Shown: positions 1-12,329 of the stretch, piece by piece
Layout of the letters: every line of letters begins with the position of its first letter
Position numbering within the stretch: position 1 is the first letter of the stretch
Assembly: GCA_030704615.1 (NCBI GenBank)
Contig: CM060734.1
Coordinates: forward strand, 5,766,001-5,830,000
Direction: 5' to 3'
DNA length: 64,000 bases
From: Takakia lepidozioides
Taxonomy: Eukaryota > Plantae > Bryophyta
Position numbers and translations under genes: made by a program
The notes under the pieces: model-generated
What the model saw: only the letters and a program-made list of their open reading frames with translations
The model's database searches: none
Told to the model about the DNA's origin: nothing

Positions 1-1258
1 TTGGGCCTTCGGTCGGAAGGGAAGAAGGTAATTACGACCTTGGCACTCGTCCTTTCATTTCTTAGGAGTCTTGAAATGCGGTGCCGCATTCGATTTCTAA
101 TCGTTCCCCACTGTGTATGCAGACGAAGCAGTTCGATGCATACTTCTTTGTGAAGGAGAACTCCACCTTGCTTTCCGGAAGGAGGGATTGTTGGTTGACC
201 CGAACTGCGACCCCATCGATTACGACGTCATGTTCAACAACGTTCCCACGGAACTTCTCCCTCATAGCCTCACTTCAACTGAACCCCTGCGGTATTCACG
301 CACTCGGAGCCCTGCCTTCATTCAGACAATTATGGAGACATGCACTGACGTGGAGGGCACAGTGCTCGACCTCATCTGTGGGACAGGTATGCATAATCTT
401 GTTGTATGTTTTTATGCAAACTCTCGTTATGCTTTCATTCGCAACATCTGAAGGGCCATGTCATAATGTGTGGATGGCATTGTAACAGGTGCCTCAATGG
501 GGGCTGGGCGGTTTTCCGACCGGCACCTCTTTGCCTACGAGGAGGACACAAGCGTTTGGGGATCCCATCTGGAAGGGCTGCAACGGAATGTGAAGGCTCC
601 CATCGAAGTCAAAGACTCCTCGGATTCGTCGGAGTCGGAGGAAGAGACAGTGGACATTGATGCCGAGGAGAACCCGGAATACAAGTGAGTGCAAACATTG
701 TAAGTTTGCAAAGCCTTCTGGGTGATTTTTTGTCAAACGCATTTCCGGACTGTGTTCTCATTGGTCTCTATGGTGATTGTTATATGCAGGATTGGAGGAT
801 CCAGGTCGAAACATGTAAGGCCTACACTTCCTGCCAGGAAGAATCTCCCGTTCTTTGCGAGGGCCGACTTCATGACGAGCCCGGTGAAGGACTACTCCCT
901 TCCTAGTTATGCAGCTAAACTCGCAAATACAGCGATTAGACGATGTGAGAATCCCAGTAAAGTAGAGCAGATTTTGGAGAGGGCTAGGGAGGACAGAAGG
1001 ATAAGGAAAGAGTTAGCAACAGCTGAGGCAGGTAGACGGGTGCGAAAGTTCATATGTGATTCAGCGGATGAGAGCGATGCAGACAGGGAGGACGACGAGC
1101 CAACGGAGATGAGATGGTCGGTTCCGCAAGGTGAAGATGGGATTTTCGAAAGCCTGGCCAACGACCAGTCCGCTGGAGATGAGAAAGGCAATGACGGGGT
1201 GGAGGCGGAGCAGGACAGTCAAGAACAGGCCGACAGTAGTGATGATTTTCAAGATTAA
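1..1258 (+). CDS. 3' part of a spliced gene encoding an N4-cytosine/N6-adenine DNA methyltransferase-like protein with an acidic C-terminal tail; exons about <1-27, 123-386, 489-684, 790-1258
   Basis: Canonical GT-AG introns join ORFs 113-451, 470-688 and 722-1258 in frame. The spliced peptide RTRSPAFIQTIMETCTDVEGTVLDLICGTG|ASMGAGRFSDRHLFAYEED resembles the SAM-binding half of beta-class amino-MTases (KP..L...I...GD.VLDPF.GSGTT..AA...R..IG.E). The catalytic (D/S/N)PPY motif is not visible and may lie upstream of the window. Confidence 0.6.
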
Positions 1259-1395
1259 TGCAATTTTAATGAACTCTCTGTACATTTAAATTCAATTCCA
1301 GAGTATATAAAATGGAATTCTCCCCGTCCTTCATGTCCCCTCTCCCATGTGCTTCTAAACGACAACATCGTCCAAACCTGGTCCCTCCCAAAATC

Positions 1396-2312
1396 AGAAA
1401 TGCGGCACCGCATTTCAATGTCTGAACGGAAATGTGGAAACTGAAAAAACCTCATTTGGAAATGCGGCACCGCATTTCCAAAACCGGGGCAAGAACAAAT
1501 TTCCGATTCATGGTTTGGACATCAGAAACTGTTCGGACAAACGGAAATGCGGTGCCGCATTTCCGTTTCCGACACGGCAGTTTTGCCGATTGGCAGCTCC
1601 TTCCATGGATGTAAATCGAAATGCGGAGGGTCGAACATGGAAATGCGGTGCCGCATTTACCTTTTGGAGATGGACATTTTCCAACTGCAGACCCATCGAC
1701 GTTCTTGGGCTCCCAATTCCATGATGCTAGACGGGAATGCGGCACCGCATTCCATTGTCCAATAAGAAATTTCGATGACGTACATGGAAATGCGGCGCCG
1801 CACTTCCAAAAGGGACATCGATGTTGGCCCAATTCCAGACCCTTTGATGGAAATGCGGCACCGCATTCCATCGTCCTATAAAAACTTACATTGTCCTATA
1901 AAAACTTTCAATTGCCCAACATGGGAAATGCGGCGCCGCATTTCCAAAACAGACATCGTTGTTTGTCCAATTCCAGACCCGTGTGGGCATTCCGTCTTGA
2001 TGGACGGAAATGCGGCACCACATTCCATTGTCCGATTCGATATTTTGATGACAGACATGGAAATGCGGTGCCGCATTTCCAGAACGGACATCGTTGTTTG
2101 TCCAATTCCAGACCCTTCGACGGAAATGCGGCACCGCATTCCATTGTGCTCTCCAAAAATGTTGTGCCGCATTTCATTGTCCGGTACGAAATTTCGATGA
2201 CGGACATGGAAATGCGGTGCCGCATTTCAAGTATGGACATGGACAAGCATTACCGACTGGACATGCTTGGATAGTGCAAGGTCGAATATGGTGTTGCGGC
2301 GCCGCATTTCAA
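1396..2312. repeat. Array of at least 12 palindromic GGAAATGCGG(C/T)(A/G)CCGCATTTCC motifs with higher-order repeated spacers, typical of transposon-internal/subterminal repeats
   Basis: Copies at about 1397, 1459, 1543, 1639, 1733, 1786, 1849, 1924, 2006, 2060, 2122 and 2208. Spacer segments such as catcgttgtttgtccaattccagaccc recur. The same motif is at 73-91. Confidence 0.9.
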
Positions 2313-2752
2313 ATTCGAAATATGGTAATGCCATGTCAAGAAATGAAATGTTGTACAACATTTCTGTTACGACGACAGCGGAGGAAAGGGAGCTGCCAGA
2401 AAAAGCTTCATGGAGAAAATGGAATGCGGGGCCGAAATTTCGAGCTTCGGCGTGTACATGTTTCCTACAACTCGTACATGGATTTTCTTCACCTCAGGAC
2501 TGTGATATCGCTGACTCTGGTATATTCATATGGATAGACACATTGTAGAAATGAGACCTCAAATTGTAAACAGTGGGCCAATTACGGCAGTTCTTGAACA
2601 CGATGAAACACAAGCACACAGAAGTGAGGTACGATGGGTTGTTTTATTGATCGAACACGGTGTCTCACATTTAGCAGCTCTAGACAAATCTAAGCCCTTC
2701 CTCCTTCTACATGGGTGTCACCAAGTCGACGGAACTTCGATAGCCCTCAAAA

Positions 2753-3418
2753 CTAACTCATTACTGATGTGGCATCTCGAGGTAAACTGCAATGCGGTCG
2801 ATCTGGTGCCCTTGTGGAGCTGACGAGAATGTCATACCCATCAATCATACCACCATCATACATCGACAAGGTCACGGTGGGCCTCCTGTGCCCGTGCGAT
2901 TCGTCTTCGCAACTCAGCCGAATGTCTCCATACACTGGAAAAGCGGAGTGAACTCCACGAATATAGTTTTCCCCTGTGCCGTCCTCCCTGGTCCACTGGC
3001 AGCAGTTCCAGCGCCAAAGTGAGGCCGTGCGTGATTTGTCCGGCATCCCATTCCAGCTTGGTATATCGAGGTCAACAATTTTCAGGACCCACGGACCGCA
3101 TTGACCCTCGCCCTCACCTCGCTCAAAGCGGTAATAGCCCTCCAGATACTCCATTGGCGCAAAGACTCCCGATTGATTCCAGATGCGTCTGTGAAAAGTG
3201 AAAGCCAGACAATGATGTCTCCTGATTGTGGTATTGAACATAGCATAATCGTGGCCATGATAAGGGCAGTCAGTAGGATATCGCGGCACGGCATCCCTGA
3301 AAAAGAGTAGCGCAGTACGCTCAATGACAGCAGCTCCCGGATGGAGGAGGTAGCAGCGCGGTGGCTGGAAGAAATTCAAGCAAACGCTGCAATTCGTCAC
3401 AAATACTCCAGGGCACAT
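2753..3418 (-). CDS. Unknown protein, paralogue A of a divergent pair
   Basis: 221-aa ORF sharing RWNCCQWT and LSMYDGGMIDG with ORF 3696-4295 on the opposite strand. Confidence 0.45.
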   Translation of the reverse strand: MCPGVFVTNCSVCLNFFQPPRCYLLHPGAAVIERTALLFFRDAVPRYPTDCPYHGHDYAMFNTTIRRHHCLAFTFHRRIWNQSGVFAPMEYLEGYYRFERGEGEGQCGPWVLKIVDLDIPSWNGMPDKSRTASLWRWNCCQWTREDGTGENYIRGVHSAFPVYGDIRLSCEDESHGHRRPTVTLSMYDGGMIDGYDILVSSTRAPDRPHCSLPRDATSVMS

Positions 3419-3546
3419 TTAAATTTCCCCCCTACTGCAGGCGATGAAGATTGGCTCATCCATGGATGTAGCCGATTCAGTTTCCTTCCTGCCATGCAAC
3501 TAGGTGGCAGTAAAGTGCCAGGTGGGCCTATAGCCACTTGAGACGA

Positions 3547-3609
3547 CGAAGTCCATCCCCCCTTCGATGTAAATGCGGCGCCGAATTTCCATCCGGGGGA
3601 TGGACTTCG
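3547..3609. repeat. Hairpin between the two divergent ORFs
   Basis: cgaagtccatccccc (3547-3561) is the exact reverse complement of gggggatggacttcg (3595-3609). The loop contains the aaatgcggcgccgaattt motif. Confidence 0.85.
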
Positions 3610-3695
3610 GTGGCAGATTTCAAACTATACCCCCGTGGATGATAAAGAGGTATCGGTTCATCCACCGCTGGCTTGTTGAACACGTTACACGATGA

Positions 3696-4295
3696 TTGGT
3701 GGGTACTACTTGTGACCCAGATGGTCGTCCATTATTGGAGCCCGCACTGCTCATTCCGCTTCTCATCATTTCGAAAAATCTAAGGGCTTCGTTGCTGTCC
3801 CGCAAGGTGATTTTCATCGGCATCAAAACACGTCCTCAGGGTCCTCCTTTGCAAGGATGTCGTGCTTCTGGAACCGGGACCGACTGCCCTTATGGAGGCA
3901 TCGAATTAGCAATGTATTCGGGCCACATCGGGAGACATCGTTATCTGGTACAGAAGATACAGGTTCGAATGTGGAAAACATTGCATGTGCTATGCCCGGT
4001 TTTGTTGCGGTGGAACTGCTGCCAGTGGACGTGGGTGGACTCCATCGGAGAGACTTATACTCCAGAAGGAGTGCCGCTCATCTTCTCCATTGTATGGGGG
4101 ACATTTGCATTGGTGTGGACGGCGAAAAACGTGAAGCTTTCCATATTCGATGGTGGTATGATTGAAGGGCACCAGGACTGTGGTGAACATCAACAGGGGC
4201 GGTACAACAGGATGCAATCCAGTTTTACCCTAGGGACAGCCCCGAAGACTCATGAGCTAGTTGTGAGAGCAGTCGAAGTCCCATTGACAACGTGA
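3696..4295 (+). pseudogene. Unknown protein, paralogue B of the divergent pair (probably frameshifted)
   Basis: Contains LLRWNCCQWT and LSIFDGGMIEG, matching ORF 2753-3418. Confidence 0.45.
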
Positions 4296-4702
4296 CTTGT
4301 ATTCAGAAGGCACAGGGCTAAAGATTTGTTTGCCACATCAGCACAGTAGACGTGCTTCAAATGCAATTCATGTGGATCAATAAAAACCCCATGTAGCCCC
4401 TAATTTTGTTTATTCTGTATCCATGCCGTTCCCAAAATTGCATCATTCCTCATTTTGTTGGAGGGGAGTGTGGGTTGGATTTTGCAAGTGGCTGGTAGGC
4501 TGAAATGGCGCCCCCATTGTACAGATCAGTACCACCCTACATTCGCGAAACATTGCCTTTCAATGTTAATTCTAAACAACATTGCCGAACCTCCTTCATC
4601 GCGGAGGTCCTTCTCCCCTATGACCGTGACACCCTACACCCTATTCCCGCGGACACTCATTTCCGGAAAATAGTCATGCTCATGTTTTGTTCGACACTTA
4701 CG

Positions 4703-7700
4703 AGGCACCCTACCGGTTGAGCCACAGGGAGTTGGTCGAGCTGAAGACTCAGCTCAAGGATTAATGTCAAAGGGGTAATCCGGCCGAGTAAGTAAGTCAC
4801 CGTACGGAGCCACGGTGCTATTCGCAGACAAGAAGGATGGGAAGTTTGCGGATGTGTGTCGATTACAGGGCTCTGAATAAGGTGACTATCAAAAACCGGT
4901 ACCCTTTGCCAAGGATCGACGACCTCTTCGATCGGTTGGCAGGAGCGAAGTATATTTCAGACGAGACGACTTGCCGCTCGGCTATCATCAATTCGGGTGG
5001 CAAGGAGATGAGAGGGAGAAGACCGCGTGTAGGACAGGTATGGTTCATATGAGTTCTGGTGATGCCTTTTGGGCTCACCAATGACACCAGTGACATTTAG
5101 CACGCTGATGAAAAGCTTTTTCAGGAGTGGTTGGATGACTTTGTGATCGTGCTACATCGACGACATATGGTGTACTCGAAAAAAAAGAGAGGAGCACCTG
5201 AGAGCACCTCAAAAGGGTTGTTCCCAAAAATTGCGAGAAGAGAAGAGGAAGCTGTATGCCAAAGCCTTCAAAAGGCGAATTCGGGCGGTCACGAAAGTGG
5301 AGCTCTTGGGGCATGTGATTACACAGGATGGGATCAAATGGGATGACAGGAAAGAGTGAGGGCCACGATCTTTGCCCGACTGGGAGCCTCCGACTTCGGG
5401 TCCGAGGAGTGCGTTCCTTCTAGGCTCGCCTCCTATTTACCGGAAGTATGTGAGAAATTTCTCCAGATCGAGAGGAGACATGTCGGACCTTCTGTGTAAT
5501 CCAAAGTCTGGGTATGGGAACACATTTTGTGCCCAAGCTTTGCCGAATTGAAGCCGCCGGGGATGCGGAAGCCTCCAGTCTTGAAAATCCCGGAGTTCGA
5601 TCGTCATTTGAGATTCATACAGATGCGTCGGACTTCGCCGATGGGGTGTATTGCCTTAGCAGATGGACGTCCAGGGCTTACGAGAAAGCAAGAAACTGAA
5701 TGAAGAAATGCGAGCGACGGTGGCCGACGCACAAAAGAGATGAAGGCGGTGGTGCATTGCCTGAGCTTGTGCGCCACTATGTGGGTTCCAACCCATGTGA
5801 AGGTGTTCACGGACAATGTCACAGTGAAGTATTTTGAACGCAGCAAAGTTGTCCCCAAAACACCTTAGGGAATGGCAAGATACTTGCGGTGTCGACGTGG
5901 ATATCCAGTATCAAACCGCCGAAACGGGACAATGTGGTGGCGATGCTTTAAGTAGAAAGCAGATAGCCCCCCGCTCCTGTTGCGTGCACATGGCGAGACG
6001 GCGCTCAAAAGGAAGATCCAGAAAGCTTGTGTCGGAAGGATGAGGCTTGCGAAGTCCGTGATGCATGACTTAGGAGGGGGTTTAAATCGCAGTCCCACTT
6101 GCAAAATGGACTGCCTCCGGTATAAGCCAAAAACGTCTCTACGTGCCGAAGGAGAGGCAGGGATCAGCGGATAGTCTCTTGAGAGAATGCCATGATAGCC
6201 CGCCTGCGCGCCACGGCCGGAGCCAAGCGCACTGCCCGGCAATCTTGAAGAAGAAAGAGTATTTCTGGCCCAAACTGAGGAGGAGGCAGAGGAGTATGTC
6301 AAGACATGCACCAATGCCAACAAAACCGAGCGAGCTACAAACAGCAAGCGGGGCTGTTACAACCCTTGCCGATTCAAGAGGGGACTTGGAAAGCGTCTCG
6401 ATGGATTTCATGCTGCTATGCCGCTGTCAAGAAGGATTCGATGCAATCATGGTGGTGGTGGATAGGTTCAGTAAAAATGGGCCATTTCATCCCCACCAAG
6501 GCGACGCAACGGCAGGGCAGGAGACATGACGACTTTACTTTGCCAACGTCTTAAAGCATCATGGAGTCCCAAAGGATATGTGTCTGGACCGCGATCCAAA
6601 GTTTACCAGTAATTTTGGAGGACACTTTGGAAGAAGATGGGGACGAGCCTGAAGGAAGATGAGCGCCGCCTTCCAACCTACGACGGACGGCCAAACGGAA
6701 AGAGCTGAATCCGTAGTGAAGCAATTCTTGCGCAGAATTACGTGTCGGCAGACCAATCAGACTGGATGGAAACTTAGACGCGGCAGAGTTCTGTTATAAT
6801 AACACAAAACACTCTGCAATGGGAGTTTCCCTTTTCGTATTGGTCTATGGAAAAGCACCTATGGTGCCGACAAGTTGGGCCGCCCAGGACGTTGAAGAAC
6901 CGCGTAGTAGCGGAGAGGTACTAGAAGAACGCGAGCATTTGTTGAAGCTCGCAAAGCACAACATTGCCAAAGCTAGGAAACGGTATGTATGAAAGGCAGG
7001 CGAATCGGAAGCGCGAGAAGGAACGCCGGAAGTGAAGTTTGAGGCAGGCACGGAGGTCTGGTTGAACATCAAGAATTTCGACTACCTCCGGAAGTGAGTC
7101 CGAAGTTCGTACCTCCATATGCGGGACCCTTTCGCATTCGGAAGCCGTATGAATGAGGATGTGTATGAATTGGAGCTGCCAGCAAACAGCAAGGTGCACC
7201 CAGTATTCCATGTCTCCCTTTTGAAGCCTTACTTCAAAGATGAAGCGCGTCCGAATCGGCATCAAATGTTGCGTCCGCCACCTATGCTATTGGATCATGA
7301 AAATGAACCTGAGTACGAGGTGGAGCCAGGAGAGTAGTACTTAAATCGAGGAGGTTCAAAGACCGAGAACGGAGTATCTCGTGAAATGGAAGGGCTATCA
7401 TCATGTGGAGGGCATTGCGGGGGCGTTGCCTCAGAAATGGGAAACGCATCTGAGGCAGTTGCACAGCGTTCGATGGGCGACCTCAAAAGCGGAAGAAACG
7501 TTGATGGGGACATCAACCTTGGAGCGTGGGGGAGGAAATATGCATGCTTAGCACGGTTTTTAGCTAGCTCAGGAATCCGATTGCAAAAAACTTTGTATTG
7601 TACAAAAATTTTATTTATAAAAGGAAATGGGTTCCAAATATTGTGCGTCCTATTGTGTTTGAATGGTGATGCACATGGTGTGGTTGGCTAGTGTGTAGAA

Positions 7701-9147
7701 TGCATGCTAGCCTTACAAAGTGGGAGAGGTACATTGGGTAATCGTGTGCTTGCGCAGTGCCGAACCGGTGAATCCCATCCAAGGGGCAAAGGAAACATGC
7801 GCCTTCTTTGGGAGTTCACGTGCTAAGTGCCCGCACCTGGCGAGCCGTGCGCGCTACTATAACTGCCCCGCTACCGAGGTGGTTGCCCTTGTAGTGCGGG
7901 CTAACGCGGAAGCTACGCCTGCTTCCGTTCACGTACTATAACGTGTAGCCTCGGACGAAGTCGTAGTGCGGCTTCGACGTATTCCCGTACCTCAGGCCAG
8001 CATTCCAAGGCGGACCCAATTGTAGTGATTGGGGTCGCACGGTTGGTTCAAGGTTATCTTCCTAGTCAAAGAGGGTTCAAGGTGAACCCTTGCTCAAGGT
8101 GATGCCAAAGCGGCATCACGAGCGGTCGGCAAGCAATGTTGTTGCCAGTTAAGGCGATTCGATCCTCGGGTAGGATCGTTCCTGGCTTGAAGTAGGCCAA
8201 GAAGAGTGCACTGGGAGGAGCTGGAGAGGCTCCACCCTTGGCCGGGACTTGGAGAAGTCGGGCCGAACTAGCTAGTGGAGAGTGGAGTCAAGTGTGGGGT
8301 TTGGTTCTTTGCCATGGGACGCCATGGTACGGAAACAAACTCCTGATGTGCGACGCCCACAACTTGGATGTTCGTTTTACAAAAATGACAAGTCGATGAG
8401 GACCATCGACTCCTGTGGTAGGGTGTGTGTCGCGGCCCTTGCCTTGAAGGCAGGGGTCGGGACACATGAGGGGCTGCCCCTGTGGTGGGGGCAGCGGCAG
8501 ACGATAGGTATGGGGCGGCTGAAGCACCCTTGAGTGCCCCAAGGCACTCAAGGAGGAGGAGCGCTTCACTAGGTGGAGGCCCCGCACACCGGGTTGCGGT
8601 GGGGGTGGCTCCACAAGAGGTGGTGGTAGCTTAGCGGGACTTAGTGGTGGGTGGATAGGACTCACCATGGGGGCGGAGACCTCGTGGTGGGAGTCAGTGG
8701 GCAGTCTTGAGACTCATCACAGTCCATAGGGGCCGTGGTGGCGGGCCAAGACTCACCGGGAGTCGAGGGTTTTCGTGGTGGTTCGCCCATTAAAATGGCA
8801 TGGCTGTGTGTCAACCCCCGCGGACAGCTACAGAAGTATATATAGGGAGTAGTAACCCGAGAACGCGGGCAAGCCCGTTGGTGACCAAAAACTAGGGAGA
8901 AGCGTGCGAACCGGGGAAAAGCGAACCAAAGAGTGGGGAGCTTCCGGACTGCCATCTACCAAAGGGAATTCCTCTAGGCCCAAAGGGGGTGGAGGGTTTA
9001 TTTAGTGGAAGCGAAAGGGGGACCGTTACGTCCCGGTGAGCAGCCGAAGTTCAAGTTGAGCCGGCGGCCAGGTTGGGAGTCAGGCGCACGCATCAAAGCG
9101 AGTAACTATGAATTGAAGGGGAGCTTACCGAGGTGAGGTGCGCGACA
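4703..9147 (+). mobile_element. 5'-truncated, frameshift-rich copy of the chromodomain Ty3/Gypsy family (RT-RH-IN-chromo, 3' UTR, LTR 8428-9147)
   Basis: [69 protein letters not shown] and EPEYEVE are present. The DNA is collinear with the reverse complement of 46147-50460. The LTR runs TGTCGCGG...GCGCGACA. Confidence 0.93.
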
Positions 9148-10377
9148 TAGCCCCTCAAATAGGTGGGAACCACTTCCACCCGATCCTCGTCACTCAACTT
9201 GGCCGCCCGAAGTACTGTTCTAGCTCCAGAGCCAGGTTGAGTGCCTTCGATTTTGGACGCCCCGAAGGTGCCGGGTTACTTAGGCTTCACCCTTAAACTT
9301 TGCCCTTAGTGGAAGTGGCATTAGCCGCCTTCAACACGTCTTTCAACGTCCCGCCAAACTGCGCAACAACCCTTCCCAAAAGGCTGCTGGCATGGGAGAC
9401 ATCTGTTGGTCTGTCGGAGCTCTCTGGATTCCTCGGGCTCTGACTCCTCAGATTCCTCCCGTTCTTGAGTGGCCTTGTTTTCAAAAGCATGCATCGCTTC
9501 CTCAAACGGCTGCTTCGGTGACACGTCGCTCCCATCGGGCTCAACAAGATTATCATCTTTCAGGTCGCTCCGCTTTCCGCTTTGGTTTGCCCAACCCCAG
9601 ATGAGGCGATCCCAAGGACGATCGCGTACTAAACTCTAAGCTCTGATACCAAGTGTCGCGCACCTCACTTCGGTAAGCTCCCCCCTTCAAGTCATAGTAC
9701 TCGCTTTGATGCGCGCGCCTAACTCCCACCTGGCCGCCGGGCCAACTTGGAGCTTCGGCGGCTCACCCGCAGGACATAACGGTCCCCCTTTAATCCCCCA
9801 ACAGACCCTCCACCAATTTGGGCCTAGTGGAAGTCTCCTTTGGTAGATGGCAGTCCGCGATAGCTCCCCACTCCTTGGTCGTTTCCGGCTCGCTCGCTTA
9901 CTCAATAGTTTTGGTCACCAACGGGCTTGCACCGTTTCTCGGTTTACTACTCCCTATATATACTTCTGTGACTGTCCGCGGGGGTTCCACAAACAACACC
10001 ATTCTTTTATGGCGAACCACCACGAAGACCCTCGATTCCGGTGATGAGTCGCGCGTGAGTCTTGGTCCACCACCACGGCCCCATTGGACCGTGGATGAGT
10101 CCCAAGACTCCCCACAACTCCCACCACAGGGTCTCCGCCCATGTGAGTCCTATGCCACCCCCACTAAGTCTCGCTACAGCTACCACCACCCTCGTGGAAC
10201 CACCCCCATCGAACCCGGTTGCGGGGCTCCACCTAGTGAGCCGCTCCACCTCCTTGAGTGCCTTGGGGCACTCAAGGGTGCTTCAGCCCCCGCATCTATT
10301 GTTCGCCACCGCCCCCACCACAAGGGCAGCCCCTCTCGTGTCCCGACCCCCTGCCCTCAAGGCAAGGGACCGCGACA
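9148..10377 (-). mobile_element. 5' end of a second copy of the same chromoviral family: 5' LTR 9654-10377, Met-tRNAi PBS and gag start
   Basis: PBS tggtatcagagc on the - strand at about 9640-9651. The sequence matches 51845-53078, and the gag start reads MSPKQPFEEAMHAF. Confidence 0.92.
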
Positions 10378-12052
10378 CTTGTGTAGAAGCGTGCTCCCAC
10401 CTTGGATGATGCAGAGACACAGTTTGCATGTATACGGGCTTGGTGGACAACGTCAGGTGCTGTAAAGAAATCAGACGAGAGAGCAATGGTCAGTTGGCTA
10501 GCATGGTGGCATTATCGTTTCCTCAGTTTTTGGCGACTATATGCGGGAGGTGAGTTGGACGAATTCACATCCCGTTCAATATTATGCTAGTAATATTTTG
10601 TAACTTGCTTGTAACCTAAACATGTGTATGTGAAGGAAATGTGTCTGGACTCCGACACCGACATGCCGACAACAAACATGGCCGAATCAGTACATTATTC
10701 TTGGCGTGCCTCCTCTGCGGCGCATCTGGTGGACATCCTCACTGCCACAATGGAGGACATTGTGAGGTCAATTATCAACAATGCAGGTACAACGAGTTCT
10801 TGAAAGGGAAACAGTGGGGCTTGGGGCCGAACAGGCAGGAAATGCTGATGCGGACTGCCTCCAGATCGAAGAATCCTCGCAAGTGGACGGCAGCCTTGCG
10901 AGAGGGCCTTCGGGACATGCCATTGCTTCGAAGAGGCCAACACATGGAAGGAGATGTTCACACCCGTCCAGTGAGACGAAGACTTGACGAGGCACCTGGC
11001 GGAGAAGAGGATTCATGGCGAGCTGACAAGAATATTTGCACGTTACCTCGTGGTCCCGTGATGTTGCCCGAGGAGGTCTCGTCGAGCACCGCAAGTTCTG
11101 CACGTTTAAGATCGCCATCTCCTTTGAGCACAGGGCACGTGCCCAAGGAACATAACGAGCCATCTGTAGTAACGCAGTACAACATACCTATTGTGGAGAC
11201 AAGAGTGTCGGAGTCACAGTGGAGAATTGCAAGGACATTGCCGGCATTTCGAGGGAAATACTGCGCCATCCGGGTGGATACGAGAGCACGCCGTGGTGAG
11301 ATGATTCGGAGGAACCCACACGGTGCTGTACCTGCACCTTGTTTCAGCGGCAGATTTTTGACTCCCACATTCTCTCACGCCACAACGCAGACGTTTTGGT
11401 TCTGTAGGCACGACATAATGACCTGTGTATTTGGCAAGCCCAAGTACGGGATTCATGGAATGTCGGAGCCTCCGGGCGTCTGGCCTGTTGCACCGGGTTG
11501 CAACATCTTTGAGAATGAGGCGGATGCTCTTTCTGCAGCAGGATTTCGAATGGTGCAACGCACAGACGTCCCGGCCCACTCGTTTCCAGTTCCTCAGACC
11601 CAGCCATTGTAGACTGCTCGGTCCAGTACAGACGGATTGGACAATTATGCACATCCCACAATGTGATTCGAAAGAGTGAAGAGACGACACCCTCCCAACA
11701 AGTTGAATGAGACTCAGATTGCCAATGCTCTTGGGATGGCTTGCACTATTCAGAGCTCAATGGACGTACCCCCACCCGGCCTTGGGTGTGTTTATCGGAT
11801 GGCAACGGCCGGCTCAGCTGTATGCGACGACGTATACACAATTACGATTGGAGTGGAGCCGACTTGCAATTGTACGGACTTCTCGTTGATGGAAGCAAAG
11901 AATGGGTCAAAGTAATATCCGTGCAAGCATCTATATTACATTTACCTGAAGAGGTTGAGGATGAACATGACTATTGATGACTTTATTTATGCACCAGCGT
12001 TGAGCGTGCATGAGCTGCACAAACTCCTTCGCCGGGATTCCAGAAATCATTG
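10378..12052 (+). pseudogene. Mutator-like (MULE) transposase C-terminal part with SWIM zinc finger, disrupted and 5'-interrupted by the LTR
   Basis: MPTTNMAESVHYSW from 10663 resembles the MULE TN.AES motif carrying the third catalytic residue. AWWTTSGA...WLAWWHYR lies upstream. A SWIM signature TCNCTDF...*YPCKHLYYIY at about 11860-11945 contains an in-frame stop. Frameshifts are present. Confidence 0.7.
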
Positions 12053-12329
12053 ATGGGACAAAGAGAATCCACCATATGGATATTTGCAATTGTATTTTGA
12101 TGCATTAGACTTTGTTTTGCAGTGTAATGAATTGCACCCCAAAACTCCTGGAATGAGACAGACAATATTAAAGTGATGTTTTTTAAACACTATGGACTGC
12201 TGGATATCCGTTGACGTCCAGTGGCAATTCAATGTCAAAACAGAATCAATACAAAGATGGCGGTAGGAAAAATTTGCAAATCTTCCAGAAAACTGAGTTC
12301 CAACAGTTGCAGTTGATGGGGCCATTTCT

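Noticed and set aside
1396-2312. CRISPR-like array of palindromic repeats
   Set aside because: The spacers are irregular and themselves repeated, there are no cas genes, and the context is eukaryotic transposon DNA.
1432-2537. Many overlapping ORFs with MRCRIS/NAAPHF repeats
   Set aside because: These are translation artefacts of the stop-free palindromic repeat on both strands.
4703-7500. Programmed frameshifting in the retroelement pol
   Set aside because: The indels are numerous and scattered, which fits decay or long-read assembly error rather than recoding.
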